Origin: an uncultured Peptococcaceae bacterium
GTDB lineage: Bacteria > Bacillota > Peptococcia > Peptococcales > Peptococcaceae
NCBI GenBank assembly: GCA_937922955.1
Contig: CALAKO010000180.1
Location: 2,232-26,231, forward strand
DNA length: 24,000 bases
Reading direction: 5' to 3'
Below the pieces are notes generated by a model. The model was not told the DNA's origin, searched no databases, and saw only the letters and a program-made list of their open reading frames with translations. Positions 22,976 to 24,000 of this stretch are shown here, in pieces. Every line of letters begins with the position of its first letter. Within the stretch, counting starts at the first letter, position 1. Made by a program: the position numbers and the translations under genes.

Positions 22976-23016
22976 GGACAAAGAAGCGGGTTTTACATGG
23001 AACGGCTTCTTTGTCC
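22976..23016 (-). terminator. Second terminator-like hairpin in the AT-rich spacer
   Basis: GGACAAAGAAGC - 17-nt loop - GCTTCTTTGTCC (12-bp perfect stem). The minus-strand tail is ttttctttttcc. Confidence 0.5.
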
Positions 23017-23108
23017 TATCATACAATTTAATAACTAAAGTAAAGAGGTCTTTGATTTGAAATACACAGTATTTTCCTATGAAATGGTTGAGCATATAGT
23101 TTGGGGCA

Positions 23109-23136
23109 ATAAAAAAAGACCCTGTAATAGGGTCTT
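23109..23136 (-). terminator. Terminator of the prepilin-type gene
   Basis: AGACCCT-gtaat-AGGGTCT with an A7 run on the + strand, giving a U7 tail on the minus strand. Confidence 0.7.
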
Positions 23137-23311
23137 CCTATGCAGAAACCATGTAACAACTGTCATAGTAGTAGTAGATGAGTGAGTTGACAGATGTACA
23201 ACTTTATCCGCCATAAATAGAATACACGATGTGACTCAAACTTGCAAGCCCTGTTTATTAGTAACGTGGTATCATTTTTTTCAATACCTCATTCCTTAAA
23301 TAGGGCTGTGC

Positions 23312-23713
23312 CTATGATGTGGAATCGCTGTTGACGGAGACGGTCATGGATGGGATGGAGACGGTGTATTTGCCGCTTGTATAGGTTCCAGAGATGTCGT
23401 ACTGACTGGTTGTGGTGTTGTAGGTTAGGGTGAGGGTGTAGGTGTCCTCGTCATTGAGATTTTCAATGTAAGGGTCCAATGCGCTGCCATTTGTCAGAGG
23501 GGATTGTGGTGTCAAGCCATCGCGTTCCTGCTCGACGATGTAGAGTTCAGCAGCGCGAAGAATGGCGGAAGCATTGTTTTGAGCAGCGGTTTCACGTGCG
23601 CTGCTGACGTAGCCGCTAACGCGTGGAACGATGGCGACGAGCAATACAGCGAGAATGGCGAGCACGACGATGAGTTCAACGAGAGTGAATGCGGAACGCT
23701 TACGGTTTTTCAT
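23312..23713 (-). CDS. Prepilin-type N-terminal cleavage/methylation domain protein (type IV pilin / pseudopilin-like)
   Basis: 133 aa from ATG 23713 (AAGGAGG SD). MKNRKRSA-FTLVELIVVLAILAVLLVAIV is a class III signal. Ser/Thr/Tyr-rich beta-type C-terminal domain. The upstream 64 codons of the track ORF are non-coding. Confidence 0.85.
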   Translation of the reverse strand: MKNRKRSAFTLVELIVVLAILAVLLVAIVPRVSGYVSSARETAAQNNASAILRAAELYIVEQERDGLTPQSPLTNGSALDPYIENLNDEDTYTLTLTYNTTTSQYDISGTYTSGKYTVSIPSMTVSVNSDSTS

Positions 23714-23743
23714 GGTGTGGCCTCCTTTTTCTTGATTAAGTTC

Positions 23744-23772
23744 AGAATAACAAAAAAATTGGCAATAATCAA
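23744..23772 (-). promoter_or_regulatory. Candidate promoter of the pilin-like gene (TTGATT-17-TATTCT)
   Basis: Minus strand reads TTGATT attgccaatttttttgt TATTCT, about 25 nt upstream of the SD. Confidence 0.4.
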
Positions 23773-23825
23773 TGGCGGGGTATTTGGTGAATGTGGAGGA
23801 TTGGTCACAGCGGTGGGTTACTGAA

Positions 23826-23854
23826 TTGCATTGCCTGCATGACTCTGCTAGAAT
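23826..23854 (+). promoter_or_regulatory. Candidate promoter (TTGCAT-17-TAGAAT) for the gene starting at 23886
   Basis: TTGCAT at 23826-23831, 17-nt spacer, TAGAAT at 23849-23854. Confidence 0.45.
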
Positions 23855-23885
23855 AAATGGGAACACAAAATTCTCAGGAGGCATT

Positions 23886-24000
23886 ATGGATAAAGAGAAG
23901 AACAAGGCGGCCAGCGAAGGGCAGGAAACCCGCCGTCATGATACGGTGCGTCTGGATGCGTCCGCCGGTGGTAATGCCGGACGACAAGGTACTTTTGATA
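23886..24000 (+). CDS. Start of an unidentified protein (continues past the window end)
   Basis: AGGAGG at 23876-23881, ATG at 23886, open to base 24000 (MDKEKNKAASEGQETRRHDTVRLDASAGGNAGRQGTFD...). Only 38 codons are visible and there is no recognisable motif. Confidence 0.45.
   Translation, partial: MDKEKNKAASEGQETRRHDTVRLDASAGGNAGRQGTFD

Noticed and set aside
23714-23905. N-terminal 64 codons of the 197-aa track ORF for the pilin-like gene
   Set aside because: A class III signal peptide must be N-terminal. ATG 23713 has an AAGGAGG SD, and the extension covers promoter-like AT-rich DNA.
1-24000. Scan for CRISPR arrays, tRNA/rRNA genes, IS elements, integrases and long direct or inverted repeats
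   Set aside because: I saw no repeat-spacer periodicity, no cloverleaf-type sequences, no transposase or integrase motifs, and no long terminal repeats. Only short hairpins and operator-size dyads are present.

Overview
This 24 kb chromosomal window looks like a moderately GC-rich (roughly mid-50s %) Firmicutes/Clostridia-type anaerobe. Support for that: strong AGGAGG-type Shine-Dalgarno sites, many rho-independent terminators and anaerobe-specific gene content. I call 25 protein-coding genes (two truncated by the window edges). I see no rRNA, tRNA, CRISPR array, transposase or integrase.

Gene order, left to right:
- Housekeeping block: coaD 3' end, an inverted HAD phosphatase, recG, rsmD, and a coiled-coil protein.
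- A divergent MATE efflux / MerR(BmrR-like) pair with a textbook 19-bp-spacer MerR promoter.
- A YoaK/DUF1275 membrane protein.
- A MacB/FtsX-type ABC exporter (ATPase plus an 863-aa double-FtsX permease).
- A Sir2-family protein that looks class-M (SirTM-like).
- A glycyl-radical enzyme (GRE) plus its activase.
- A RelB/ParE toxin-antitoxin pair.
- A minus-strand cluster: DUF2200, Fe-S flavoprotein, YjdF.
- A YtcJ-like amidohydrolase.
- A minus-strand operon of response regulator, ABC ATPase, ABC-2 permease and histidine kinase (peptide-antibiotic-resistance type).
- A lone prepilin-type gene, then the start of an unknown gene.

Most interesting observations:
1. The GRE has a thiyl-Cys loop reading C-G-C-V-V-P. 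It has neither the Cys+2 general-base Glu of the 1,2-eliminase GREs nor the Cys-Cys of PFL. It is paired with a minimal PflA-like activase and has no pathway genes nearby.
2. A roughly 155-nt highly structured leader with an explicit anti-SD/SD helix sits upstream of the yjdF homologue. This is a candidate yjdF-class riboswitch.
3. The SirTM-like sirtuin lacks the macrodomain/GcvH-L/LplA partners that normally accompany this class.

All functional calls rest on motif recognition by eye. No database search was run.
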